A stretch of 64,000 bases of DNA, from NCBI RefSeq assembly GCF_006345805.1, contig NC_042997.1, positions 60,326,001-60,390,000 on the forward strand, in the 5' to 3' direction. Each line of letters begins with the position of its first letter. Within the stretch, counting starts at the first letter, position 1. Made by a program: the position numbers and the translations under genes. The DNA is from Octopus sinensis. Taxonomy: Eukaryota. The notes below the pieces were generated by a model that was given only the letters and a program-made list of their open reading frames with translations, made no database searches and had not been told where the DNA came from. Shown here piece by piece: positions 39,260 to 53,778 of this stretch.

Positions 39260-39304
39260 ATATATTATATATATATTATATATATATATATATATATATT
39301 ATAT

Positions 39305-39783
39305 ATTCACTGTCTCCTTCACATATAAACGAGATAACCTTTCGCTACTTCTTCCTGCCATCGGAACCAATCACATTAAACTTCGATTCATCGCTAAAAT
39401 GAACCTGCGACCTCTGTTCTTCGGTCCGAAGAACATGGTTGTGAGCGAAACGAAGACAGGTCCTTTGATTCTTCTTGGAGATCAGAGGTTTCTTTGCCGG
39501 TGCCCGAACAAGGAACCCAGGACCTCGCAACTTCCGAGAAACTGTTTTGCGTGATACGTTGACATCGGAAGTGAAGCTAAACTCGCAGGATAACTCAGTA
39601 ACACTGTTAAACCTATCCTTCAGTGACATTCTAACCATAATACGATCCTGTGTTGATGAGGTTTTACGAGGTCTACCAGTTTTGGATTTAGCATCTCTCG
39701 ATCCTGATGACTTAAAATGAACTACAATTCGTTGCGCAACACTTCTTGAGCTTCCTGCAGTAGTTGCTTCCACAGAATTTGAC
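39305..39783 (-). mobile_element. Tc1 transposase fragment bounded by (TA)n and (GATA)n
   Basis: ORF 39345-39773 with TGRPRKTS, VSRKTVSRKL, KKPLISKKN, HFSDESKF; same family as 42792-43727. Confidence 0.9.
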
Positions 39784-39784
39784 T

Positions 39785-39877
<93 letters not shown>

Positions 39878-39937
39878 TTGTTTGCGTGTGTGTGTATTTG
39901 TGTGTATATATATGTGTACGTATATGAGTATCTTCTA

Positions 39938-40540
39938 TCTTTTACTTGTTTCAGTCATTAGACTGCGGCCATGCTGGGGCACAACTTGAAGAATTCTAGT
40001 CGAACGAATTGACCCCCGCACTTACCATTTCTTTGTCTTTTTCTTTCTTTAAGTTTGGTACTTATTCTATCGGTCTTTTGTCTCTCTTGCTGAACTGCTA
40101 AGTTACGGAAACGTAAACACTCCATCTAAGATGGAAACGAGTACAAATGTCACAATGAAATGGAAAATATTTATCCACCAATGTGGTGTTGGTATTTTAG
40201 AAAAATAAAAAAGAAATAAGTGGAAATTTTACCGGTAAGTGTGTTTTTTTTTCTGTTTCCTTTAAATTCCATTGTTTGTTATTCTGTCGTCTTCACCATC
40301 AATGATAGTACTTATACAAAGGTGGCGAGCTGGCAGAATCGTTAGCATGCTGAGTGAAATGCTTAGCAGCATTTCGTCTGTCTTTACGTTCTAAGTTCAA
40401 ATTCTGCCGAGGTCGACTTCGCCTTTCATCTCTTCGGGGGTCGATAATTCAAGTACTAGTGAAACACTGGGGTTCTATGTGATCGACTACTCCCCTACCC
40501 CAGGATTTCAATTCTTGTGCCTTTAGTAGAATGGATTATT
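39938..40540. mobile_element. SINE family 1 3' half (-, 39938-40120) and SINE family 2 (+, 40319-40540)
   Basis: Diagnostic cores gactgcggccatgctggggca and gcctttcatctcttcggggtcgataattcaagtactag. Confidence 0.8.
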
Positions 40541-40769
40541 TATACTAATACCCTCTACTAAAAGGTATACAAGGAATAGCAATGTCTTCTAGGACATCAA
40601 TGATGTGTGTGTGTGCGTGTGTACATGCCTCTGTGTTTATATGTATTTAAGTATGTATATACAGAGAGAAATTACTAGATAGATAGAGATAAGTACTATT
40701 CTTTAAGAAATTCAGACGATTTAAAAGAACAAATTGTTTTCTTGATCAGACCTTTTTTCTGTTTTTCAG

Positions 40770-40865
40770 GTGTAACTTACAATACTGGGATTGGATCTTA
40801 CTGCTACTGACACTGTCAGTTTCTAGTTACCTACTGGAAACTGACAAGCGTTACTCTACTACCAG
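40770..40865 (+). CDS. Candidate exon F: terminal (phase 1, CVTYNTGIGSYCY*, stop 40808-40810) or internal 96-nt phase 2-2
   Basis: Very strong acceptor ccttttttctgtttttcag|; weak donor CAG|gtcact. Confidence 0.35.
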
Positions 40866-42406
40866 GTCACTTTTTTGAGATGATATTTTCTTACCTTAGC
40901 AGAGGGTGTAGCACAGCGCTGTAAACAAGTTGCGAACCGTAACGCTACAGCCGATAAAAGATACCTTATCCATTCGATCGCTGTTCACTCCTCCTTTACG
41001 TTCTTCAGATCATTTTTTGCTAACAATCAAGTAACATCGTTTAAATGAATCTCTTATAACCAGCGAAAGAATCAGTTATCAAGGGCTTGGTGCTTTAATA
41101 ACACGCATGGATAGTTTTCAACAATTATATTCAACCTTATTTGATAAGAGGTCGGTAAGGTTAAATTCTCTGTTTCAACCAAAGTTTACTTCTCAGCTGG
41201 TGACTATTAATGCCTGTCAAGTACGAAATTTTGAATACAAAAGATTTTCTTATTGAAAAAACAAATCTTTAGAATTATGTTTTTATTTACCTAGTCATAA
41301 GTCACAGTTCTGATAAAAGGATCTCGTTGTAATCTGCTGGTTCACACATATTGATTTTTTTCCCTTTACGTTTAATGTACTCAGACCTACACACACACAC
41401 ACACACACACACACATCCCACGAAGTATTGGTTAAACTATGGTTATGGTAGTGGGAGAAGACACTTGCCCAAGATATGTCGTGCAATCGAATTTGGGAAC
41501 ATAATGTTGCAGTGTGAATTTCTTATCCTTGTAGCTCTATACATAAACATATCAAAGGCAATATTCAATAATATTCTTTTAAACAACCGAGTTATATTAC
41601 TGTCATTCCTTTAGCACAGCTGCTTGTTATAAAGTTAAAATGTCACCTAAATTATTACAAAATATCTTTTCATGGCACTTTAACAAATTTTGATAGCTGG
41701 AGGTAGATATCGTTAGTTGATTTTATTCTTCCACGCTGTAAGGTGGCGAGTTAGCAGAAACATTGAAGAGTTAGATAAAATGCCTCGTGACCTGACGAAA
41801 GTCATCGATACTATCTCATACCCGCTCGTCATTGTAAGCAGGAGAAGGCTTGGCTTTCATGATTAATCAATGTTGTAAAGGATCACTATAATAGGTATGC
41901 AATAAACATTCCTGGTACGAAGGGAAACAAGTAAACCCATTAAAATCAAACGTGGTGTCCGAGTTGCGCTCTCACCTCTAATCTTTAATGTAGTTTCAAA
42001 TCCCATTATGGCTGCCTTACGTGTTTTTCTACATGTATATGTGTGTAACTCCTATAAGTAATGAAACACGTAATGTGGAATAAATAATATTAAAATTTGC
42101 GGAAAGGACTGTTTTAACGAAGTCACGTCTTGTCCCTACCTTCGAAAAGCGGAGTAGATAAAACAGGGGACAACTGATGAAGAGAATGTTCTTCATGTTG
42201 CCTGTCTCGTTTTTCTATTTGTTTCTTTCGTTCTTCGAAAAAAATTCGTTTTCCATGCTTTTGTTTTTTTGTCCTCGTTTCTCATTTTGTTCACGTTTTT
42301 TATGTCCTATAATGCATGTATATATACATATATATGTAGGCACGTACATGTTGTGCGTATATATGTATAGATATATATATATTATTTATATTATTATATA
42401 TATGCA

Positions 42407-42461
<55 letters not shown>

Positions 42462-42791
42462 ATGTATATATATATATATATATATAGCAGTAAGAATAAG
42501 TGTAATTGAAATAGTTATTATAGAAGATTAACAACCGTTGAGACTAGTTATTTTACGCATATTTAGATATATCTAATATCTATCTTTCGTGAAAGTTTCA
42601 AGTGAAGGGAATAAATATTTCGTAAGTTATGAGGAAATAAACAAACAACCTTCCAAATTGCAATGGCTAAATGTTTAGGGTCACTCACAATAAATGAACT
42701 ACTAACCGAGGTATTTGTTGTTTAGAAGACTGTTAATGGGCTAACAGTTACTTCTTATGATCTTACATTATTAGAACATTCAGCTGTCAAC

Positions 42792-43727
42792 ATGACGGCT
42801 TCTGAGAGACGACTGGGGTCGCTTGAAGAAAAAAAAAGGATTTTATGCCTTCACCAAGAGGGCAAGGCAAATTCTGTGGAAGCAACTACTGCAGGAAGCT
42901 TAAGAAGTGTTGCGCAACGAATTGTAGTTCATTTTAAGTCATCAGGATCGAGAGACGCTAAATCCAAAACTGGTAGACCTCGTAAAACCTCATCAACACA
43001 GGATCGTATTATGGTTAGAATGTCACTGAAGGATAGGTTTAACAGTGTTACTGAGATATCCTGCGAGTTTAGCTCCACTTCCGATGTCAACGTATCACGC
43101 AAAACAGTTTCTCGGAGGTTATGAGATTCTGAATTGCTTGCTCGGGCACCAGCAAAGAAACCTCTGATCTCCAAGAGGAATCAAAGGACCTGTTTTCGTT
43201 TCGCTCACAACCATATTCTTCGGACAAGAACGATGGTCGCAGGTTCATTTTAGCGATGAATCGAAATTTAATGTGATTGATTCCGATGGCGGGATATACG
43301 TCTGAGGAAGAAGTGGCGAAAGGTTATCTCGTTTATGTGTGAAGGAGACAGTGAAATATGGAGGAGGCAGTCTAATGGTATGGGTGGGGGTGATCTCTGC
43401 TACTGGTCGTGGTCCACTTATTCGCCTACAAGGGACTGTCAATGCTGAAATCTAGAAGCAGATTCTTAGACAGCATGCCCTTCTACATCTCCGATCCTTA
43501 TCAGTTCAACTTCCTATCTTCGTGCAGGACAACGCTCCCTGTCACACTGCGAAGAGTGTCAAAGATTTTTTGAGTAATGAAGGAGTTGATCTCATGGACT
43601 GGCCACCTCAAGTCCCGATCTCAACTCTATAGAAAACGTTTGGGAAATTTTTAGTGATGGGACGCGGAAAAATCCAAAGAACCAAAATGAACTCTGGGAA
43701 TTATTAAAAAACGAATGGAACAAGGTC
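42792..43727 (+). mobile_element. Defective Tc1 (DD34E) transposase, 3'-truncated by a SINE
   Basis: MTASERR...GRPRKT, FSDESKF, VKYGGGSLMVWG, FVQDNAPCHTAK, WPPQSPDLNSIENVW; 34 residues between D and E after correcting one frameshift; internal stops. Confidence 0.92.
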
Positions 43728-43917
43728 CGAATTTTGGGGGGAGGAGTTCAGTCGATTAGATCTACCCAAGTACACAACTGGTACTTAATTTATTGACACC
43801 GAAAGGATAAGAGGCGAAGTCGACCTCGGCAGAATTTGAACTCAAAACGTAACGGCAGATGAAATACCGCTAAGAATTTCGCCCGACATGCTAATTTTCC
43901 TGCCAGTTCACCGCCTT
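43728..43917 (-). mobile_element. SINE family 2
   Basis: Reverse-complement head aaggcggtgaactggcagg and core gcctcttatcctttcggtgtcaataaattaagtaccag. Confidence 0.8.
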
Positions 43918-44056
43918 ACGAATATATAAATCAAATAAAGATAATAAACCTCGTTAAGGGATCCTAAATCCAATGAAAATACTGGTTAGTTACCAATCTA
44001 TAGAAAGTTCAACTATAAGGTAACCATATAAACCGTGGTTCATGATTTATATATTT

Positions 44057-44916
44057 AAAGAATAAGAAGAAAATGGCGAGGTAATTAATAAAATTATTTA
44101 TTAATTATAAAATATAACATCTCTGACAGCTGTTTCGATTCAGAAATCTTTAGATAATTAATTTATAAAATTAAAATTATTCTAAGATTAATCTCTTCAG
44201 CGGTAGTAAAGATATACCGATTAGAAATACAACCGTTAACTGATAGCATATATACAAAAAGAGCCGGTTATAGAAGGCTTCAATCTAACATAGGAGAAGA
44301 GAGTATATATTATATGTCTTAAAGAAAGAAAAGAAAAGATTAATATAATATCATAGGGTTTAGAGAAGGAGAAAAAGAAAAAGAAAAAGGGAAGCAGAAA
44401 ACGCATGTACTTATAAATATATAATGATAATGCCACAATCCAACATAGGGGAAGCAGGTAGTGTATATTTTGTGTCTTAAATAAAGAAAATAAGATATTA
44501 ATATAATATTATTATTAATGGGTATTGAGGAGAAAAAGAAAAAGGAAGCAGAAAAATGCATGTATATATAAAAATATATAATGCCATACATTATCATAAT
44601 TATCTATACTTATGCCATACAAAAACTTAAAGTTATAAAATTTAAGTCAAGTAGAAGCAAATGAGTGGCCAAATATGTATTAACCGAAATTATCAGAACG
44701 GGATATTTGCTATCAGTTAACGGTTTTATAGCCGTTATCTCAACATGTATTTCTAATCGGTATATCTTTACTACCTCTGAAGAGATTCATCTTATAATGA
44801 TTTTAATTTTATAATTTAATTATCAAAAGATTTCTATATATAAACAGCTGTCAGAGATGTCATATTTTATAATTGATAAATAATTTTATTAGTTACCTCT
44901 CTATTTTCTCCTTATC

Positions 44917-44920
<4 letters not shown>
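44057..44920. mobile_element. AT-rich foldback element, about 190-210-bp arms, internal about 155-bp tandem duplication
   Basis: Arms share ataaaatat(a/g)acatctctgacagctgttt and atctcttcag(c/a)ggtagtaaagatataccgattagaaataca. The internal unit starting aacatagg appears at about 44287 and 44442. Confidence 0.85.
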
Positions 44921-44962
<42 letters not shown>

Positions 44963-45001
44963 TATATATATATAATATAATAATAATAATAATAATAATA
45001 A

Positions 45002-45032
<31 letters not shown>

Positions 45033-48000
45033 AAGAAGAAGAAGAAGAAGAAGAAGAAGAAGAAGAAGAAGAAGAAGAAGAAGAAGAAGAAGAAGAAGAA
45101 GAAGAAGAAGAAGAAGAAGAACAAGAACAAGAACAAGTGCATGTGCACTTTGAAGGTAATACATATGTTGCTGTGTTTCACACGTAACAACTGTTGGACA
45201 ATTGAATAACGCTATCGAATATTCTCATGAAGGTATGCATTTTAAGGGAGATTCTGATTGATTATCCTTTTACGGTCCTCGAAAAGTTGAAATCAAAATT
45301 TGATGATGGTGAATTCAGAACGTAAAGAGTAAATTCTACCGTGTAATATGCCCAGCATTGTATTTGTTCTGCTATTCTATATACACATCTTTTGTATAAA
45401 TGAAAGATATTTTAAGATATTTTTTAAGTGTTGTAGTGTAAGAGGCGATCGGTTTTTGGCCAATCAAAGCTGTAACAGGGTTTCAATTTGTAGTTGAAAC
45501 CATTTTAAATCATTTGCTCTGCTAATGCCTTTCGGGAAAACATGAGCGACACGCTTCATATTTTACTCTCCTCAAAATAGCACGATCAATTGGCTAATAA
45601 CTATTTTGTCTTGTTTCTTTTTTTATGGTGTCTCATGTCCAGAGTAAATCTGAAAGATGAAGCACATATCTCACCAGGCTAGAAATCGATGTAAATAAAT
45701 AAAGTGAGATGGCTCAATATAAAATCGAATCTGATGCACAGGCTTGTCGCCAAAAGATTACAGCTCTAATATGCAAATATTGACTTCCCTTCACCAAGCA
45801 TATAGAACCTCTATAGTTTATAGGAGTAAAGGAGATGGAATTAGCAGTGTGACGTTTATGCAGTTTTAAAAATAGATGCATTAGGGAACTGCACTGAAAC
45901 ACCTTAAATGAAGGAGAGAAACCACCTCGTGATCTCGTTTATTGTGCTATATAATGACCGAGAGGAAAATTCGCAGAAACGTCTATTGCAAAGAAACTTA
46001 ATAGTAGAGTGGGTATTTTTAATTAATTAAAATTACATGATAGTTTAATCATTATCTGAATGACTGATTCTGGTGGATAAATTGCAGAGGAGGCCATCCC
46101 AACATTTCACTTTATCAAATATAAATAAGTAACAGATGGAGAGTTACACTATAGTATACTACTTTTCCTACGGTGATTACTGATTTGTGTCACATGTTTC
46201 AGCTTGGAGACTGTCGTGATAGTTTGCCAAAAGACCTAAACGGTGCAGACAAAAATACTGGATGGCCTTATTATTAAAAACGAATCTACAATAATCTGTT
46301 ATAATAACTGCTAAGATAAAATACTCCAATGAGCAATCTACATACTCAATCCAAATGTGTTTTTTTAAGAATATAGATAATGCCGACTGAAGTGGGTTTG
46401 GTCTTTAAAGCCAGCTTGTGCAAGCACAGAACAGACTTCATATATCATGTAAGGGGTAAAATCGTTGTACGATAAATATATAAAGCAAAATGGATCTATC
46501 GAAAAGCGAATCTGAATCACAGGTTTATTACAAAAATATTGCCATTACTTTAACGCGCAAACATTGTGATCTCTTGGCCGGATATATAAAAACTCTACAG
46601 TAAGAAAAACTTATGAAGTATGAAGTTTATGGTCTTTATTTATTTATCTATTTATTTATTTATTTATTTGAGCATTTTTACTCTGATTGCTATAACTGCA
46701 GAATATAACATCAAATCTTAATAATAAAGGAATGTACTCTACAACTTGAAATTTATGTCACTCATCAGTAAAAAAATAAATACACGATGTTAAGCTCACT
46801 GTAAGCCAGTTCTGTGACCTTCTTTCAAGTTATGGTTATAGATATTTTACTTCTCTCATACTGTGAACACCATGGAGATTATAATAAACAACACAACGCT
46901 CCATTTTCTTTCCTCTTATTAATAGATGACTTCGTTCCTATTCAAAAGAAATCATTATGTTACTACAACAGAAACCAGGAGAGATGAGGGAGAGAGAGAG
47001 AGGGGGGGAAAGAGGGGGAGAGAGAGAGATTAAGAAATATGCTTTAAAACATCATATGGTAGTTAAGATACATTTAAAATTAAAATATGTGGAAGTGACT
47101 CTGTTTTCACTGCATAAACACATCTGGATGTTTTCCGTTTACTGATTTGGAAATTTCTATCCATCATCTTATCTAATGAGTTATGTGAGATTTAAAGTAT
47201 GTCGTAAACTGATTACAAGTTTCAAAGGCATATGGAATATTCTCCTATAAACCTCAACACTTCTATAAGGCGCCACGAGAACGGCGAATTAAAAACTCAG
47301 CACATATTATCAAAGTAGTACATTTGGGTTAACGTTAATGTTAATACAGGATATCAATTGTCAAACATACAATGAATCACTGTTACTTAAAGTTTTATGG
47401 ATATTGAAGAAAACCCAATTAAAACAATTTCATCATATTTAATGTAACTCTATGGGATATGATTTTAATGAAATTGTAAAGTCCAGCTTAAATAATCTTA
47501 TTCATGTCACTTGTGTGCAATGAAACTAAACGTCTATACTACGGAGTATTGTTTTCATCAATATTAATGACTAACTTGAATTCAACGACTCGTTGTCAAA
47601 AGTTATATTTACAACTTTTGACAACGAATGATATAAAGTCGGGAGCCTTTGAAACTTTTCACTTTGTCAGTAAAAATATTTCGGTATTTCTTTTTTATCA
47701 AATAATTTATTAAACAGCTGTAACTTTTATACCATTCCACGTTTTCCTGTTAAGTTAATTCATTTTCAGCTTGTCAGCAAGGCAGACAAGTAATAGTTAA
47801 TAAAGCCAACGTTTACATGTATATAAAAAAAAATAACTGGAAGAAACTTTCTGACGTGTATCATCTGTTGCTTTTCTAAGACCAATTTTAACTCTTTTTT
47901 ACAAAATATTTTTCTAGAAACAAACAACGCAACAACCAGTATTTCTTATAAATATCCTACACTTGCCAATAAAAATAATCCTTTTAAGAAAAGCAGTTAT

Positions 48001-49404
48001 TTTTTGGTTTTCTAAGCAAAACTTAAATTCTTTGTTTTATGCCCAACTTCTAAATTTATGTATCTTTCTTACACAAAAGCAAAGTATTTTCTGAGTGTTT
48101 ATATTTTTTTCTGTTCTTATTTTAATTTCAGAATATCTGAAATAATATAACTGAATGAGTTAGTTATATGTAAGTTATATGTTTAAGATGCATACCGTTC
48201 TAATTCTTCTTTCCCTCTAATTCTTCTTTCTGACAGAACTTAATTGTACGGTTTCCTTTGGGAAGCGAACGATTGAAAACAGTGCTAGGAATTCTTTCAA
48301 AACTAGAATTGATGTCAACATGAAAGAAAGGATGTAAAGTAAGAGTATGTACACCACGCTAAAACTCTCCTTCTAATATATACTTACTATAAAAGTATGT
48401 GCTAAAATATGTCAGCGACCAAGCTGAAAGAATTTCTAATTTCTAAACGTGTTTACAAACAACAGTTTCAATGAAATGCGCTATTTGAAAGATTTTGGTT
48501 GTCGATTCGTAAAACAGGTTTCTCCAGCCAAACTGGCTCTAAAAATCAACAAACGACAATTGATTAGATGTTATGTTAGTTATTCACGTAATTAATTAGA
48601 ATAAAAGAACTTGTTAACTGAAAGATCGAATGATCACAGCCAAACATAAACTACTATTTCTGTTGAGAGAAATCCCATTTTATACTCCCTTTCTCTCAGG
48701 AAAAATAACTCTCCTTTTATATCGGTAAATTAATATGTATATTAATTTCCTACACGGTGGAGGATGAATGTGGTTTAGTTATATTTATGCCTTTTTCTTA
48801 GCCACAGGTGACGTTAATGAAATGAATTGACGACAATCAGAAATCTAGATTGTTCTGCTCCAGAATTTCAGTTTCTAATAAAAGTGTTGAGTCTTTTATA
48901 ACTTCCCATTAGTGAATTGAATTAGCTTCGATTGAGAATCAGAGTCAGGACTCAGACTATTTATTCTGCGAGATTACCAATATCAGATGCCACATGATGC
49001 TTGAGCCAATGAAGCAAGCTCTTCATAGTTGCCCAACCTGGTAGAAATAACGGTCAAATCTCTCTTAAATCACAATGTATCGGATTAAGAAGGCAATCTC
49101 TTTCTAATAATAACCGGTATAAATATTGGTTTGATGGCTGGCTGGCTGGCTGGTTGGTTGGTTGAGTGGTTGGTTGGTTGGTTGGTTGGTTGGTTGGTTG
49201 ATTTCTCAAGTCACGCTTTACATCGTATAGGGAAGAGGGGAAGAGAAAGTTTTAAAAAATACCGAGAGAAAGAGCGAGTTAACATAAGAGATGCAGGATG
49301 AGTACTATATTAGGCTTGGTGGCAGGCAATAAGTAAATGACAGTTTCTCTCTCACACACACATACAGTGAGGAGAAGTATATATATATATACAAACGAAC
49401 GCGC

Positions 49405-49518
<114 letters not shown>

Positions 49519-49619
49519 TCGTTTGTACACACACACACACACACACAGAAGTTTAGAGAGAGTATGGGGGGTGAATGTGTGAATTTCGATAATATAAATT
49601 CAATACTGAGATTGTCAAA

Positions 49620-49670
49620 ACTCGCCAGATTTAAATCCCCAGGACTACTACGTTTGGAGCTTTATTGCAG
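49620..49670 (+). mobile_element. Mariner/maT transposase remnant
   Basis: ctcgccagatttaaatccccaggactactacgtttggagc encodes [13 protein letters not shown]. Confidence 0.55.
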
Positions 49671-50047
49671 ATAACTGCTTCAATGCCGGGCCGGAATTGC
49701 TGACATGCCAGCACATAATGGTTCTCATTCTTTTCGAACATGAACAGTCGTGGCCTTTAGTGGTACTATGGGGATGTTGATTACTCTCCTTTGCAACAAA
49801 GCTCCAAAGGTAGTATGGCATTGAAGCCTTTATTTGTTTCATTGAAGGAATTATTTGTTTCAATGCCAAGCTGGTATTGAAGACGGGTTCATAGACTAAT
49901 CTTATAAGACACATCAGTAACGTGCACAAATCTTTATTAAAATTCATTTTGCTTTTGCTACATTAGAGTTGTTTTATTAAATTACCACTTTTCGCATCCT
50001 GTATATATTTATACATGTGTATATTAATATTTACAACTGTATACACA

Positions 50048-50090
<43 letters not shown>

Positions 50091-50161
50091 ATATATATAT
50101 ATTATATATATATATATATATAATATATATATTATATATATATATAATATATATATATATA

Positions 50162-50586
50162 TCAGGTCATCTCATAAGTTATGTCCGATTTTACCTTTTT
50201 TTAAATTGAATGAAATTCAATAGTATTTTAGACTGTCAAATGGAATTAAAAATTATTTTTATGCCTTTGTGTACATTTAAACTAATTAAATATTATTTTA
50301 CAGAATAATAGAATTAAAATCAGACTACCATTTGTTTCGTAGTTTACAGAATCATTTGGGGGACATAACTTTCGCAAGCCAGGAGACGGTCGAAACTGAC
50401 ATTTCAGAGTTCTTCGCTTTGAAACCAAAAGAGTTTTACATTGATGGGATTAAAAAGCTTATAAATAGATGGAAGGAAGACATAGATAATCAGGGAAAGT
50501 ACATTGATGATTAAATTTCAATTAAATATAACATTTGATCACTTGTTTTCTTTATTCAAAATTCGGTCACTTACTTATGGATGACT

Positions 50587-50589
<3 letters not shown>
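50162..50589 (+). mobile_element. Internally deleted mariner (DD34D-type), 428 bp, TA-flanked
   Basis: TIRs tcaggtcatctcataagttatgtccga / tcggtcacttacttatggatgacttga; C-terminus SDYHLFRSLQNHL..FFALKPKEFYIDGIKKLINRW..NQGKY. Confidence 0.88.
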
Positions 50590-50643
<54 letters not shown>

Positions 50644-50687
50644 TACATTTGCACACACACACACACACACACATGTATGTACATGTA

Positions 50688-50751
<64 letters not shown>

Positions 50752-52914
50752 AGTTAAGTCCTGGATATTTGTCAATGTTCTTGAAGAAACTTTCTATAAA
50801 ATCGTTTGGTTGGGTGCCGATTAGAGAACATTATTATTTTTCGTTCTATATTCCTGGTTATAGCATGTTAACAGTAGAAGAAGAAGAAGAAGAAGAAGAA
50901 GAAGAAGAAGAAGAAGAAGAAGAAGAAGAAGAAGAAGAAGAAGAAGAAGAAGAAGAAGAAGAAGAAAATGAAGATGGTTGAAGAGTAGGATGAGGAGAAG
51001 GGGAGAGGACAAGGAGAGGGAAGGGGAGGGGATATGAGGAGTAGGTGGTGGTGGGTGGGTGGGGTGAAGGAGAGAAGAATAAGAAATATCAAGAGGCTAT
51101 TGTCAAACATCATAGCAGACCATTTTTCTGTAAAGATGTCGTGAAGACAGCGAAGCTGGCAGAAGCAGAATGGCGTCTCGCTATAAATTGTCTGGCCGTA
51201 CTTAATTTTTACCTTACATATTCAAACTTCAATTCCACCAGGAGTCCACAAAATAAGCAAATGAAACAAGATTTATTTCTCTTGGGTCGATATAATAAGT
51301 ACTAGTAATATAACAGTATCAAACTCCTCTGGGGACGACAGAATAAACACAGTAATATTTAGCTTTCTCTGTATTTTTTACTGGTAAAAATGTGATCTAT
51401 TGTTCAGATTTATTTTTAGCAAAGAAAGGGGCAATGTCCATGATCATCGCTCGCCCTTTGAAAATTAGCTTGCTTGATATGGTTTGTGTTCAGCCTAAAC
51501 ATTACATCATAGATGTGTACAGGAAAATTCTTGGCTTGGGAAGGGATTCAAGAGAGTGCACTTTCTGGAAAGAAGGATTAGAGAAAAAAAACTCATTCAT
51601 ACGAGACCTCGGCAATAAGTTAATAGTAAGAGTTTCGAGATAGGGAAGAGAACGAGGATGATGGAGGGTAGTAAGTAGACATGACAAGCAACTAAATAAT
51701 TTGTAGACAGAATAGGCAGGGAGAGGAGACAGTATATCTGGAGACTGGGGCTGTAGTATATGAATATTTCAAAGAGCTGAATATATGTTGTAGTATACTT
51801 GTACACTGGTAAGAATAAATGTGGGAAATTGTTTGAGTAGTGGTTAGAGCGTTTGTTAGAATACCTTACAATAATCGCTATGGCTCCGTACAATCCAAGT
51901 TCAAATCTCACCGACATCAACTTTCACTCTTTCTGGTGAATAAGGTACCAATCCAAGGTGGTTGAATTCTAAAAGCATCGGACGAGATTTCTTGCTGTAT
52001 CTGTTCGGGCTCTTTCCGTTCTGAGTTCGAACTTTACCTCATAACATTGTCTTCCTCGTGGAAAGAAACAGGTTTTTCAGGATTTGGTTAATGGGGATAT
52101 TCCTCCTATGTATCCAATCAATTTTCTGCTTTTATTCCCGCTAGTATATACTGTAAAATATATATAGCTGTCTTTGAAATATTCGTACACTACAACCACA
52201 GTTCCCAGAAGCGCCGTTTCCTCTCTCTACTAAAACGGTCTCTATTCGTTGGAACTAGCTAGTTGCTTGTTATTTTCACTTATCTCCCTCCATCACCCTC
52301 GTCTCTCCCCGACATGTCTCGCCTCCTATGTCAAGTGGAGCAATATCCTGGCCTCATCAATAGGCATAAATCCAAAATACAGACCAAGCACGAAGCAGTA
52401 AAATGTTGTGGAATAGTTATATTTCCCATAGGATCTAAGTTCAAGTTCCACCGAGGCCTTTTACATTTTATCACCCAGGTATCAATACAAGTACCATTCA
52501 AATACCTGAGATTGAGTTAATCGAATACATTTCCTAAAAAGTTTGCAATTCAGTGTTCCCTTTTACTGAATTACACTTCACAAACGCCCCTCCCTACATT
52601 CGTAAAAAGAAAAAAATTGACAGATTTTAATCAAAACAGAGGTTGGTTTTCCGCAATGATTTATTATCCATATTTTCTTATATTATCTCATCCAGCATGC
52701 ACCTTTTTTATATTTTAGATGTTTTCTGAGGTTTGTGCTCCCTTATTTTGAATTTGTATGGAAAACAGTAAGAGAAGCGAGGACTTATATATAATGAAAT
52801 TACATTGGATCATTTTTATGCTCACTGATAACACAATGCCCAATTCATATTGTAATCCTGACACAGATTTTTTTAAAATTTGATTAAAATACCAGTTTTG
52901 TACCTAGTATAATA

Positions 52915-53146
52915 CAGGTTGAGTCAAAAGTAGCTCCAAATTTTCATTTTAGGGTTGATATGTATGACTTCCCAGTTGAGAGATGCTTTGGATTCTTAAC
53001 CTTGTTCTACTGGTTGGGATATCAAAGAATATTACCAACATGATACATGAGCCAGATTCAATAACTTTCAAAATTATCAATAAGAACCTGCAAAGCAACA
53101 AAGGTATGGCTTCCCAGAAACTGGGCTCTACTTTTGACTCACCTTG
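52915..53146. mobile_element. 232-bp Tc1/mariner MITE with TA TSD
   Basis: TA|caggttgagtcaaaagtagctcca ... tgggctctacttttgactcaccttg|TA. Confidence 0.85.
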
Positions 53147-53665
53147 TATTTTATTTCTAAGAAAAATTTTGAACTTTTAAATGTGAACTCACAACGCCTC
53201 TATCAACCAGATTAGCAAACACTAATGTAAAATTCTACCGATTTCAGAAACCAATTTTTTTATAGATGTAACCAGTAATGCTACTGCTGTGAAATCCATT
53301 TGCCTTTATTCGCACTGAACAACAAAATTTTTACATATTTTATTACCTCATCTTTTGTAGTATTGAAAGATATACATTCTTGGCTATTTGGCCTCTCATA
53401 CAGAGGGCTCGCATCTTCATATAACATTTCGGGAGTGGGGGAGACCCCTAAGAAAATATTGTTTGTCATATGTGAAACATGATAGGTTATAGTAGGCGTT
53501 TACATACAAATAAACACATACACAGTCAGGCACACACAACATGTACAACACACACACACATACACCCATGCACACACTCACACCTATGTACACACAAAAA
53601 TACACAAATATATGTGTGTGTGTATACACACAAGCATACAAAACACAAATATGTATGTATGTATG

Positions 53666-53697
<32 letters not shown>

Positions 53698-53731
53698 CAT
53701 GCATGTATGTATGTATGTATGCAAGTGTATT

Positions 53732-53778
<47 letters not shown>

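Noticed and set aside
40900-41030. Alternative phase-1 exon (SEGVAQRCKQVANRNATADKRYLIH...) after exon G
   Set aside because: Good acceptor but only 34 nt from the F donor and unsupported; cannot be chosen over F without RNA data.
48131-48336. Strong acceptors at about 48131 and 48236 with nearby gtaag/gtaaag donors
   Set aside because: The first has stops in all frames; the second gives an immediate TAA when joined to exon G. Could be UTR or belong to another transcript.
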